Source: Gammaproteobacteria bacterium | GTDB taxonomy: Bacteria > Pseudomonadota > Gammaproteobacteria > GCA-001735895 | Direction: 5' to 3' | Assembly (NCBI GenBank): GCA_015494335.1 | Contig: WGBK01000432.1 | Span: 1 to 33,236 of the forward strand | Length of the DNA stretch: 33,236 bases | In this document: one piece after another, positions 10,092 to 18,012 of the stretch | Layout: each line of letters opens with the position of its first letter | Position numbering within the stretch: position 1 is the stretch's first letter | Program-made: the position numbers and the translations under genes | Notes under the pieces: generated by a model | Seen by the model: only the letters and a program-made list of their open reading frames with translations | Told to the model about the DNA's origin: nothing | Database searches by the model: none

Positions 10092-10967
10092 TCAGGGAAG
10101 CTGGCCGGCTTCGATCATTTTCGAATAAAGAACATTGGGGGGAACCCATTGAACAACATCATCGAACTCACTGCCGCCAGATGTTGAAATCGTCGTCGAG
10201 ACAAAAACACGATCATTGACCGTGTTGTCAAGATTTTCCCGTTGCACCCATGAATTTGCAGGCACATTGCCCATCTTGTCCTTGCCTGTCGAAAGGACAA
10301 CCACTGGCGCGCAACTTACTCCCGGATCGGAGCAATTGGTTGTTCCTCCAGCACCGATAATAACCTCCTGTGAAGAGGAACATCGAACATCGTTTGCACC
10401 TGCAGCTCCTGGAGAGGGATCTGCGGAGCAAACGACGAGATCGGGAACAAGATTCTGAATGCCTTCATCCTTCATTTCACCTGCCATAACAAAATCATCC
10501 TCAGCCGTATTTGAGCCGGAATCGGTATTGGCATCGGACACTTGGTATCGATAGGGCATCCCCCAGGGATCAAGCAGCAAACCCGTATTCGGCGAATACC
10601 TGCCTTCAAGACCCAGGGTTTTACCCGGCACAAAACCAAACCAGACATCGCAGCTATCGACGGTCGGGTCGCTTCCGCCACAGTCCAGCGCTCCACCATC
10701 TTCCCGGCATTCGAATCCATTGGATGAAACCGTCGGCGTAGCCAAATCATCCGCCCAAGCCGGGCAAGGAAGGTAGCCATTGACCTGGGCAAAGGCTTCT
10801 ATGGCTGACACAATATCCGTTAATTCCTTTTGTGCTTGACGGTATTGTTTCAACTCCTGTTGCACAGTCAGCATAGCCACGCTGTAACCGAGAAGAATCG
10901 TAACAATCAAAAGGACGATTGCTATTTCTACAAGAGTAAAACCTGAGCTGTCCCTGTATTTCAGCAT
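10092..10967 (-). CDS. Prepilin-type pilin-like protein, 291 aa, Cys-rich
   Basis: Class III signal MLKYRDSSG|FTLVEIAIVLLIVTILLG with Glu at +5. It has 9 Cys, an LPCP motif after the N-terminal helix (VNGYLPCPAWADD) and the C-terminus FDDVVQWVPPNVLYSKMIEAGQLP. Its start overlaps the stop of the upstream gene (ATGCTGA at 10961-10967). GC is lower than the surroundings. Confidence 0.85.
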   Translation of the reverse strand: MLKYRDSSGFTLVEIAIVLLIVTILLGYSVAMLTVQQELKQYRQAQKELTDIVSAIEAFAQVNGYLPCPAWADDLATPTVSSNGFECREDGGALDCGGSDPTVDSCDVWFGFVPGKTLGLEGRYSPNTGLLLDPWGMPYRYQVSDANTDSGSNTAEDDFVMAGEMKDEGIQNLVPDLVVCSADPSPGAAGANDVRCSSSQEVIIGAGGTTNCSDPGVSCAPVVVLSTGKDKMGNVPANSWVQRENLDNTVNDRVFVSTTISTSGGSEFDDVVQWVPPNVLYSKMIEAGQLP

Positions 10968-12430
10968 TCCACCACACTCAAATCTGTTGCATTCTTGATA
11001 ATACAGACAGCATAGTCATCCGGATTCAGACCGTAGGTATTCGTTGCCGCAGTACCATCATACGCGTGCTGATTAGCCGCTCCATTCAAATATTGATTCC
11101 AAACGCCCATTCGGTCCGATATGGAATCGTCGTTGGTGTAGGAAGACAAGTCCCTGTCCTGTGAACCACTCCTTTCCTCGGCAAAGAAGATGATCGCGGC
11201 AACATTGGTTCGGCCATTGATATTCAAGCAATTGCTGCCGGGGTATGATGTACAACGACTGGAAAAGGGGATAGCAGAATCCGGCGCGAAATCCTTGGCT
11301 ATTACCACAAAGAAATGGTCTTTCCAGTTTTCCCAGAGAGATGGATCCAGCCCCGTTTTTGTTTCACAGAAACCATTCCCACCGGATGAAATCACGAATA
11401 GCTTCTCAGCCGTATGGCTGAGCTTCAACCCATAAAAATGATTTGACTTATGTATATTCTGCGGGAATCGACCAAACAACCGGCCCGTCTTGTCCTTGTA
11501 ATTAGCCTTCTCTTCGTAACTTGGCAAGACCAACTTTCCCGCAAAAATCAGTTGTTGATTTGCTGGTGACACATCCCCATATTCTATCAGGCACTCTGCC
11601 AATTGATTCGTTAAATCCTTGATCGGGCTGGTTGCGCTATTCGTGCTTAACTGCTTGGTTTTCTTTATTCGATCCCAGAGTTCCTTCCTGGTGATATAAA
11701 CGATCTGGTCATTGCTGTCAGAGTTCTTCAGACTGCTTGACAGGGAAGCATCCAGGAATGACCAAACATTCCCCACATCATCAGTGGTGTAAGTCGAGTA
11801 ATCGAGGTTGCTGCCACTTTCAAGATAATTACTGCGATTAAAGTTACCCCCACACAAGGGCTGTGCTGCATCAGGTGTTCTGTCCTGGCCGGATATAACC
11901 GCACCCGGGGCAATAAGAACAGCTATGGGATACTCCGAAGGATCGGAAGAATGCTTGAGATTACCGTTTTCGTCTTCCACCGTAAGCATCCCATTAGTAT
12001 CCCAATTGACCAAGTCCATATCCGGACTGTTCTTGTAACTTCCGGAAACGGCATACCACAAACATTGTCCATTCCCATCTTCCAGTTTTCCAAGGCCAAC
12101 AGTTTTAAAAGGAAAAAGCCCCAAACTGTTTGCTCCCTTGTCACCACATGTTGGATCTTGGCTGCCTTCAAAATTCCACGAATTACTTACATCTGGACAG
12201 GGCAGTCTAGCCATAGCTCCCATATCGTTTACTGCCAAAAATTCAACCGCATAGCTCAACAAGGCTTCCTTTGCTTCCAGAAGAGAAGTTCTTGTCTTTT
12301 CCTTGGCCAATTCCTGTTTGTCTTGTACCGAGGAATCCAGCATTTTGGAAAGGCCAAAGGCCCCTAGTCCCACCATCACTATCATGAAGGTGAGTAGAGC
12401 AAAACCGGTGCTTGGTTTTTTCGTTTTCAT
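10961..12430 (-). CDS. Large atypical pilin-like protein lacking Glu+5 (GspK/PilX/MshP-style N-terminus), 489 aa, Cys-rich
   Basis: The N-terminus MKTKKPSTG|FALLTFMIVMVGLGAFGL has Thr, not Glu, at +5. About 11 Cys, the motif ARLPCPDVS, and an Asn/Ser/Asp-rich body. Sampled 60-nt lines have GC 23/60 (11401-11460) and 26/60 (11941-12000). Confidence 0.7.
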   Translation of the reverse strand: MKTKKPSTGFALLTFMIVMVGLGAFGLSKMLDSSVQDKQELAKEKTRTSLLEAKEALLSYAVEFLAVNDMGAMARLPCPDVSNSWNFEGSQDPTCGDKGANSLGLFPFKTVGLGKLEDGNGQCLWYAVSGSYKNSPDMDLVNWDTNGMLTVEDENGNLKHSSDPSEYPIAVLIAPGAVISGQDRTPDAAQPLCGGNFNRSNYLESGSNLDYSTYTTDDVGNVWSFLDASLSSSLKNSDSNDQIVYITRKELWDRIKKTKQLSTNSATSPIKDLTNQLAECLIEYGDVSPANQQLIFAGKLVLPSYEEKANYKDKTGRLFGRFPQNIHKSNHFYGLKLSHTAEKLFVISSGGNGFCETKTGLDPSLWENWKDHFFVVIAKDFAPDSAIPFSSRCTSYPGSNCLNINGRTNVAAIIFFAEERSGSQDRDLSSYTNDDSISDRMGVWNQYLNGAANQHAYDGTAATNTYGLNPDDYAVCIIKNATDLSVVEC

Positions 12431-12434
12431 GGCT

Positions 12435-12902
12435 TTACTGTTCAGCCCGCTTCTGGTACTTCACTACAACCGTATCCCCCGCCGAGCCGGTATAGACCTT
12501 GCCGCCCGGCGCCACGAGGCGCACGCGGCCGTCGCGGACAGAGATCCTGAGACGGACCACATTGTCGATACGATCGCCATCCTCGTACTGCTTGCCGTTG
12601 ACCCAGGCCACATCCTCGCCGTCGGCATTGATGCTGATGCCGGAGATATGGTATTCCGCCTCTACGGTGATCATCGCCACGGGTTCCGGCTCGGGTTCGG
12701 GTGTCTGCTGTGGAACCGCCGGTTCGGGCTTGCGTACGCGTGGCTCCTGCCGGTAGCGGTTGCGATCGATCAAGGCCCTTTCCTCGGGCGTGGTGAACAG
12801 GGTCTTGAGCTGCAGTCCTTCGACAGGCAGCTGCGCTTCAGAGGCAGCGCCCCAGAGCAGCAGGCCCATCAACCCCGGCAGTAATCTATTTCTTGCTGAC
12901 AT
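12435..12902 (-). CDS. Small secreted protein in the MshK/PilP-like position, 155 aa
   Basis: Signal peptide MSARNRLLPGLMGLLLWGAASEA|Q, a Pro/Glu linker (PEPEPEP) and a beta-rich C-terminal domain. Its start overlaps the upstream gene by 17 nt. The assignment rests on size and position only. Confidence 0.5.
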   Translation of the reverse strand: MSARNRLLPGLMGLLLWGAASEAQLPVEGLQLKTLFTTPEERALIDRNRYRQEPRVRKPEPAVPQQTPEPEPEPVAMITVEAEYHISGISINADGEDVAWVNGKQYEDGDRIDNVVRLRISVRDGRVRLVAPGGKVYTGSAGDTVVVKYQKRAEQ

Positions 12903-13494
12903 CGATACTTATCCATCGAATGGTGCATTGACCCGTCAGGTTCGGCTTGCGGGTATCCAACAGCTTGCCGGCCTGCCCCTTGAGACGCAGCGAGCAACTG
13001 TCGACCGTAAACAGGTTGCTGATCTCCTGCTCGAGGCCCTCGATCAGCGAGAACAGGTCACCCTCGTGCAGCATGTCCAGACTGACCTGCATCGGCGAAC
13101 TCTTGACCGAAACGAAGCGCAGGGGCTTGAAGCCCGGACGCTCGAAGTTTTCCTGGGGCATCAGGTTGTAACCCAGCTTGGGCAGACGCAGGCGGCTGTT
13201 GACGGCTTCCAGGCTTTCGATCCAGCTCAGACGGCGCTCCTCGCCGACCAGACCGCTGGCCTGGTAGGCATTGAACTTGGCCGTGTACTGTTCCATCAGG
13301 TCGAGGTCGCGCACCAGCTTTTCGTACTTGCTGTGGGTCGAGCGCAGGCTGTTTTCCTGCTGACGGTACTCGGCCTCTCGCTGCTGCTCGTAGTAGAGGG
13401 CGAAGTAGATCAGCCCTCCGGCAACGAGAAGGGCCAGCAGCAGGAAGACCAGAGTGCCGCGCAGATATCGCCAGTCGATGAGTTTACTTTGCAT
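12886..13494 (-). CDS. Bitopic PilO/MshJ/GspM-like assembly protein, 202 aa
   Basis: One N-terminal TM (TLVFLLLALLVAGGLIYFALYY), a coiled-coil-like stretch (EQQREAEYRQQENSLRSTHSKYEKLVRDL) and a C-terminal alpha/beta part. It overlaps the upstream gene by 11 nt. The assignment rests on architecture and position. Confidence 0.55.
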   Translation of the reverse strand: MQSKLIDWRYLRGTLVFLLLALLVAGGLIYFALYYEQQREAEYRQQENSLRSTHSKYEKLVRDLDLMEQYTAKFNAYQASGLVGEERRLSWIESLEAVNSRLRLPKLGYNLMPQENFERPGFKPLRFVSVKSSPMQVSLDMLHEGDLFSLIEGLEQEISNLFTVDSCSLRLKGQAGKLLDTRKPNLTGQCTIRWISIDVSKK

Positions 13495-15085
13495 CGGTCT
13501 TCACCTTCCTGACCACGCGGATCGTGAATTCGGCCTTGCCCTGCTCGCGCCGCTTGCCGACGCCCAGCTCGCCGCTGAGCTGTTTTTCCGATTCGACATC
13601 GAGCGGTCGCTTGAGCACCTCGACCTGGTCATACCAGCCGGAAACGCGCATCGCATCCTCGAGATCGGCCACGGCGCTGAGTGCGTAGCGATAGTTGCCA
13701 TCGAAGTCGATGATCTGCCCCGTGAACACGGCAATTTCGAACAGGCCCTTCTGCGCCTTCGGCACTCGGCGATCGCGCCTCGCACGCCGCTTGCGTTTCT
13801 TGCTCTTGCCCCAGGTAATCTCCTGGGCGGCAGTGGCATCGGAACTGGGTGCCAGGAACCAGTCGTACTGGGTCACGCGCATGCTGTCGTAGAGGCTGAT
13901 CTGCTGGCTGATCATGATCATCATCGCTTGCGGCCGCTGCTGGTAGTTCTTCTCCAGCCTTTCCACCGTCTTGACGACATTCTGCATCATCGCGGTACTG
14001 ACCTCGGATCCGGCGCGCGTCGACGACAGCTGCTTGTACTTGGATTCGTATTTCTGCTGCAGCAGCTTCATTTCCTCGGCGCTGTCGTCGTAGAGCCAGC
14101 CCTTGATCAGCGCGCTGCCGAGCAGACCGACGGCCACGGCCAGCAAGGCCACGCCGGCAAAGCGCATCGCCAGGCTGGCCGCATGGTGGTAGAAGTATTT
14201 CTTTTCCTCGCGCCGCGCATAGTGATTGACATAGATGCCGCGGGTGGCGTGGTAACAGAACAGGGCGGAACTGAAATCCTGCTCCTCGGGCACCTCGATC
14301 TTTTCCTCCGACAACACCTGGTTGATCTCGTGGATGCGGTAGTCGAACTCGCTGTTCTCGTCCACCTGGGCACGCAGTTTTTCGAGATGGCGCTGGTTGG
14401 TCAGGACATGGACCTCGACCACATCGGAGCGGTCGATGATGCGCTGGCTGACCAGGTAGCGCTGGGTGCTTTCGACATCGCGCACCACAGCCTGGGCGTA
14501 GTCGCCCTGGTAGAAGCTGGCGATCGGCACCAGACGACTGAGGATCAGCTTGCCGTCGACGAACACCGACTGACGCAGGTTACTCGGCACCTGCTGGCTG
14601 ACCAGGATCACGCAACGCTGCTCGGCCTTGAAGCGCTCCACCACACTCTCGCTGAGCAGCGGCAGACTGAGAATGCCCGACACCGGCACCTTTTGCTTGT
14701 CGATCAGTTCCAGCCAGGGCTCCAGCAGTTGCGGATTGGTCAGACCCATCAGCAGCAGCTTTTCTTCCTTGCGTCCCTTGTCCTTGACCACGCCCTGGGA
14801 GACGACATGGCGGTATTCGGTATTGCGGAAATACTTGTTGAGGCTGCGCTCGATGATTTCCTTGCGATCCGGTCCGCGCAGCAGCGGCACCGTGATCTGA
14901 CGGAACTCCTCCTCGATCAGGTCCACCAGCAGACGCACAGGCTGGTGATGCAGGGATTCGAGGTAGGCCGAGAACAGGTCCAGGCCCAGCTCGTCCGGCT
15001 CGAAATAGACGCTGCTGACCAGTTTCTGGCCGTCCCATTCCTGGGCAACCATTCTGTATCCGGTGAAGTAGAGGATTCTTTTCAT
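13484..15085 (-). CDS. PilM+PilN fusion-like (MshI/GspL-like) inner-membrane assembly protein, 533 aa
   Basis: A cytoplasmic domain of ~300 aa, one central TM (FAGVALLAVAVGLLGSALI) and a periplasmic C-terminal ~210 aa. It immediately follows the platform gene. The periplasmic part carries an unusual basic run, GKSKKRKRRARRDRRVPKAQKG. Confidence 0.55.
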   Translation of the reverse strand: MKRILYFTGYRMVAQEWDGQKLVSSVYFEPDELGLDLFSAYLESLHHQPVRLLVDLIEEEFRQITVPLLRGPDRKEIIERSLNKYFRNTEYRHVVSQGVVKDKGRKEEKLLLMGLTNPQLLEPWLELIDKQKVPVSGILSLPLLSESVVERFKAEQRCVILVSQQVPSNLRQSVFVDGKLILSRLVPIASFYQGDYAQAVVRDVESTQRYLVSQRIIDRSDVVEVHVLTNQRHLEKLRAQVDENSEFDYRIHEINQVLSEEKIEVPEEQDFSSALFCYHATRGIYVNHYARREEKKYFYHHAASLAMRFAGVALLAVAVGLLGSALIKGWLYDDSAEEMKLLQQKYESKYKQLSSTRAGSEVSTAMMQNVVKTVERLEKNYQQRPQAMMIMISQQISLYDSMRVTQYDWFLAPSSDATAAQEITWGKSKKRKRRARRDRRVPKAQKGLFEIAVFTGQIIDFDGNYRYALSAVADLEDAMRVSGWYDQVEVLKRPLDVESEKQLSGELGVGKRREQGKAEFTIRVVRKVKTDAK

Positions 15086-15091
15086 GTCGGC

Positions 15092-16297
15092 TCAGAAATT
15101 GATTGTGCTGATGGTGTCGTACATCGGCCCGAATACGGCGACGATCAGCCACAGCACGATGCCGCCGATCGTCACCAGCAGGCCGGTCTGCAGCACCGGC
15201 TCCATCTTGTCCATGCGATCGTTGATGTCGCGTTCGAAGAAATAACTGACGTTTTCCAGCGATTCATCCATGCGTCCGGTGGATTCGCCGACCTTGAGCA
15301 TACGGATCACCAGCGGCGGGAAGATGCCGATATTCTGAAAGCTCTCGCTGATGCTCGCGCCCTCGGAAATCAGCTTCCAGGCACGGTCGATACCCTCTTC
15401 GAGCACACTATTGCTGACCACGGTCTTGCTCAGCTTGATGGCGTCGAGCACGGTGATGCCGGAAGCGAACATCAGCGCGAAATAGCGGGTGAAACGGGAC
15501 ACCTTGATCTTCTCGTTGACCTCGCCGAAGGGCCACATGCGCAGCAGCAGGCCGTCCATGTAGAAACGGAATCGCGCATTGTTGCGGTAATAATGACGGA
15601 TCAGAAAACCGGCCACAAAGGGGAAGGCAATCACCAGGTACCAGTAGTTCTGCAGGAATTTCGAGGTCGCCATCAGGGCCTGGGTGTACCAGGGAATCTC
15701 GCCGCCGAGGCTGACGATGGCGCTGATGATGTCGGGCACGACGAAGATCATCAGGAACATGATGACGGCAAAGATCAGCGTGCCGATCACCGCCGGGTAG
15801 GTGACCGCCTTCTTGGCCTTGGCAATGATCTCGTCCTGCCACTTGAGGTTCTCGGTGATGTCCTCGAGCACCTGCGCCATGCGCCCGCTGCGCTCGCCGA
15901 CCTTGACCAGACTGACGAAGACATTGTCGAACACGCGCGGGTACATGGCCAGCGCCTGGGAGAAGGCACTGCCGGTCTCCACCGCCTCGATGAGGCTGGC
16001 GATGACATCACGAAAGGCCGGGTTCTCCTCGCTGTCACGCAGGTCCTGCAGGCCTTCGAGGATCGGCACGCCGGACTTGGCCAGCTGTTGCAGGTGGAAG
16101 CTGAAGTTGATCAGGTCGCGCCGGGTGATCTTGTTACGACCGAACAGGTCTCCGCCGGGTTGTTTCGGCTTGGCCTTGACCAGCGACAGACCCATCTTCT
16201 CGAGGCGGATCTCCAGATCCGGCACATTGCCGGCATCGAGGCTGCCGCGTACCGGCTTCCCGCTCTGATCGATGGCCTTGTACTCGTACAGCGGCAT
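15092..16297 (-). CDS. GspF/PilC/MshG-family inner-membrane platform protein, 401 aa
   Basis: Two GspF-type repeats (RDLINFSFHLQQLAKSGVPILEGL...; RFTRYFALMFASGITVLDAI...LVIRMLKVGESTGRMDESL) and three TM segments. Its ATG overlaps the TAA of the ATPase gene by 1 nt. Confidence 0.92.
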   Translation of the reverse strand: MPLYEYKAIDQSGKPVRGSLDAGNVPDLEIRLEKMGLSLVKAKPKQPGGDLFGRNKITRRDLINFSFHLQQLAKSGVPILEGLQDLRDSEENPAFRDVIASLIEAVETGSAFSQALAMYPRVFDNVFVSLVKVGERSGRMAQVLEDITENLKWQDEIIAKAKKAVTYPAVIGTLIFAVIMFLMIFVVPDIISAIVSLGGEIPWYTQALMATSKFLQNYWYLVIAFPFVAGFLIRHYYRNNARFRFYMDGLLLRMWPFGEVNEKIKVSRFTRYFALMFASGITVLDAIKLSKTVVSNSVLEEGIDRAWKLISEGASISESFQNIGIFPPLVIRMLKVGESTGRMDESLENVSYFFERDINDRMDKMEPVLQTGLLVTIGGIVLWLIVAVFGPMYDTISTINF

Positions 16298-18012
16298 TAG
16301 ATCATCTTCTCGGTGAGGTCGGTGACGCGCGCGACTTCCTTGATCGAAGTCACGCCCTTGAGCACATGGCGGATGCCGTCGTCAGCCAGGGTCAGGAAAC
16401 CCTGCTTGTAGGCCAGCTGCTTGATCTCCTTGGCCGTGGCACCCTGGACGATCAGTTCGTCGAGATCCGAGTTCATCTTGAGGATCTCGAGCAGCGCCAT
16501 GCGGCCCTTGTAGCCGGTGTTGTCGCAGGACTTGCAGCCGCGGGCGCGGAAGATGCGATCCGGCACCAGCCCCTGCGGGTTGGACAGCAGCTGCAGGTCG
16601 AAATCGGTCGGCTCGTAGGCTTCCTTGCAGTACTTGCACAGCTTGCGCACCAGGCGCTGGGCGATCACGCCGATGATGTTGCCGGCCATGATCTCGGGGA
16701 TGATGCCGATGTCGCGCAGCCGCGGCAGCGCGCCGATGGCCGAATTGGTGTGCAGCGTGGAATAGACCTGGTGGCCGGTCATGGCCGCGCGAAAGGCCAT
16801 CTCTGCGGTTTCGTGATCGCGGATCTCGCCGACCAGGATCACATCCGGATCCTGCCGCATCAGCGACTTGATGCCGTCCGAGAAACCCATGCCCGCGGTA
16901 TCGCTGACACTGGTCTGGCGGATCAGCGGGAACGGATACTCGACCGGGTCTTCCAGGGTCATAATGTTGATCTGCTCGTTGCTCAGGTGATTGAGCAGCG
17001 AGTAAAGGGTGGTGGTCTTGCCGCTGCCCGTGGGACCGGTAACCAGGATCAGGCCTTCCGGCCGCGCCATCATGATCTTCAGCTTGCGCATCGAGTCGTC
17101 CGGCAGGCCCAGGCCCTCGAGGGGAATCACGCCCTTTTCGCGGTCGAGCACGCGCAGCACGATGTTCTCGCCATGGATGGTCGGTTGCGAGGCGACGCGG
17201 AAGTCGATCTGGCGGCCGATGATGACGCGCGAGATGCGGCCATCCTGGGGCGCACGGGTTTCGGCGATGTTCATCTCGGCCATAACCTTCAGGCGCACCG
17301 CGATGGCCGACCAGTAGGTCTTGTGCAGACTGCGCACCTGCCGCAGCACCCCGTCGATGCGATAGCGTATGCGCAGGAAGCTTTCCTCGGGCTCGAAATG
17401 GATGTCCGAGGCGCCGCGCTTGACCGCGTCGGCCAGCATCACGTCCACCAGCCGCACCAGCGGCTGGCTGTATTCCTCGGTCTCGCCCTGGTAATTGCTG
17501 TAGTCGGCCTCGCCAGTCTCGATCTCGCGCAGGATGCCGTCGATGGACAGCTCATAGCCGTAGAACTGGTCGATGGCGTTGGAGATCTCGGTTTCGCCGG
17601 CGAGCACCGGGACAATCTCGATATGATGCCCGACCAGGATGCGCAGCCGGTCCAGCGTAAACAGGTTGAAGGTGTCGGACATCGCCACCGTCAGCTGGCC
17701 GGTGGCGGCGTTGTAGTTGATCGGAATAACCTTGTGCTTGCGCGCGGTTTCGGAATCGATCAGGTTAATTGCTTCCGGATCGGGCACGACATTGGTCAGA
17801 TCGACGCTGTCCTGCTCCAGGGCCTCGCCCAGGGCCGAGCGCATGATCGCCTCGGTTGCAAAACCGAGGCTCACCAGCAGCTTGCCCAGCGGCTGGTTGA
17901 CCTTCTTCTGCTCGGTCAGGGCGATATCCAGCTGGTCCTGGGTAATCACCCCACCTTCCATGAGGATCTCGCCCAGCCGCTTTGGCTTGTTGTTGTGCGC
18001 CGAGCGGGTCAC
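16297..18012 (-). CDS. GspE/PilB-family assembly ATPase with N-terminal MshEN-type domain, 571 aa
   Basis: The GTG start at 18012 overlaps the upstream stop (GTGA). Tandem MshEN motifs RLGEILMEGGVITQDQLDIALTEQ / PLGKLLVSLGFATEAIMRSALGEA, Walker A GPTGSGKTTT, Asp box MTLEDPVEY, Walker B DVILVGEIRD, His box STLHTN, and a tetracysteine CKYC...CKSC. Confidence 0.95.
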   Translation of the reverse strand: MTRSAHNNKPKRLGEILMEGGVITQDQLDIALTEQKKVNQPLGKLLVSLGFATEAIMRSALGEALEQDSVDLTNVVPDPEAINLIDSETARKHKVIPINYNAATGQLTVAMSDTFNLFTLDRLRILVGHHIEIVPVLAGETEISNAIDQFYGYELSIDGILREIETGEADYSNYQGETEEYSQPLVRLVDVMLADAVKRGASDIHFEPEESFLRIRYRIDGVLRQVRSLHKTYWSAIAVRLKVMAEMNIAETRAPQDGRISRVIIGRQIDFRVASQPTIHGENIVLRVLDREKGVIPLEGLGLPDDSMRKLKIMMARPEGLILVTGPTGSGKTTTLYSLLNHLSNEQINIMTLEDPVEYPFPLIRQTSVSDTAGMGFSDGIKSLMRQDPDVILVGEIRDHETAEMAFRAAMTGHQVYSTLHTNSAIGALPRLRDIGIIPEIMAGNIIGVIAQRLVRKLCKYCKEAYEPTDFDLQLLSNPQGLVPDRIFRARGCKSCDNTGYKGRMALLEILKMNSDLDELIVQGATAKEIKQLAYKQGFLTLADDGIRHVLKGVTSIKEVARVTDLTEKMI

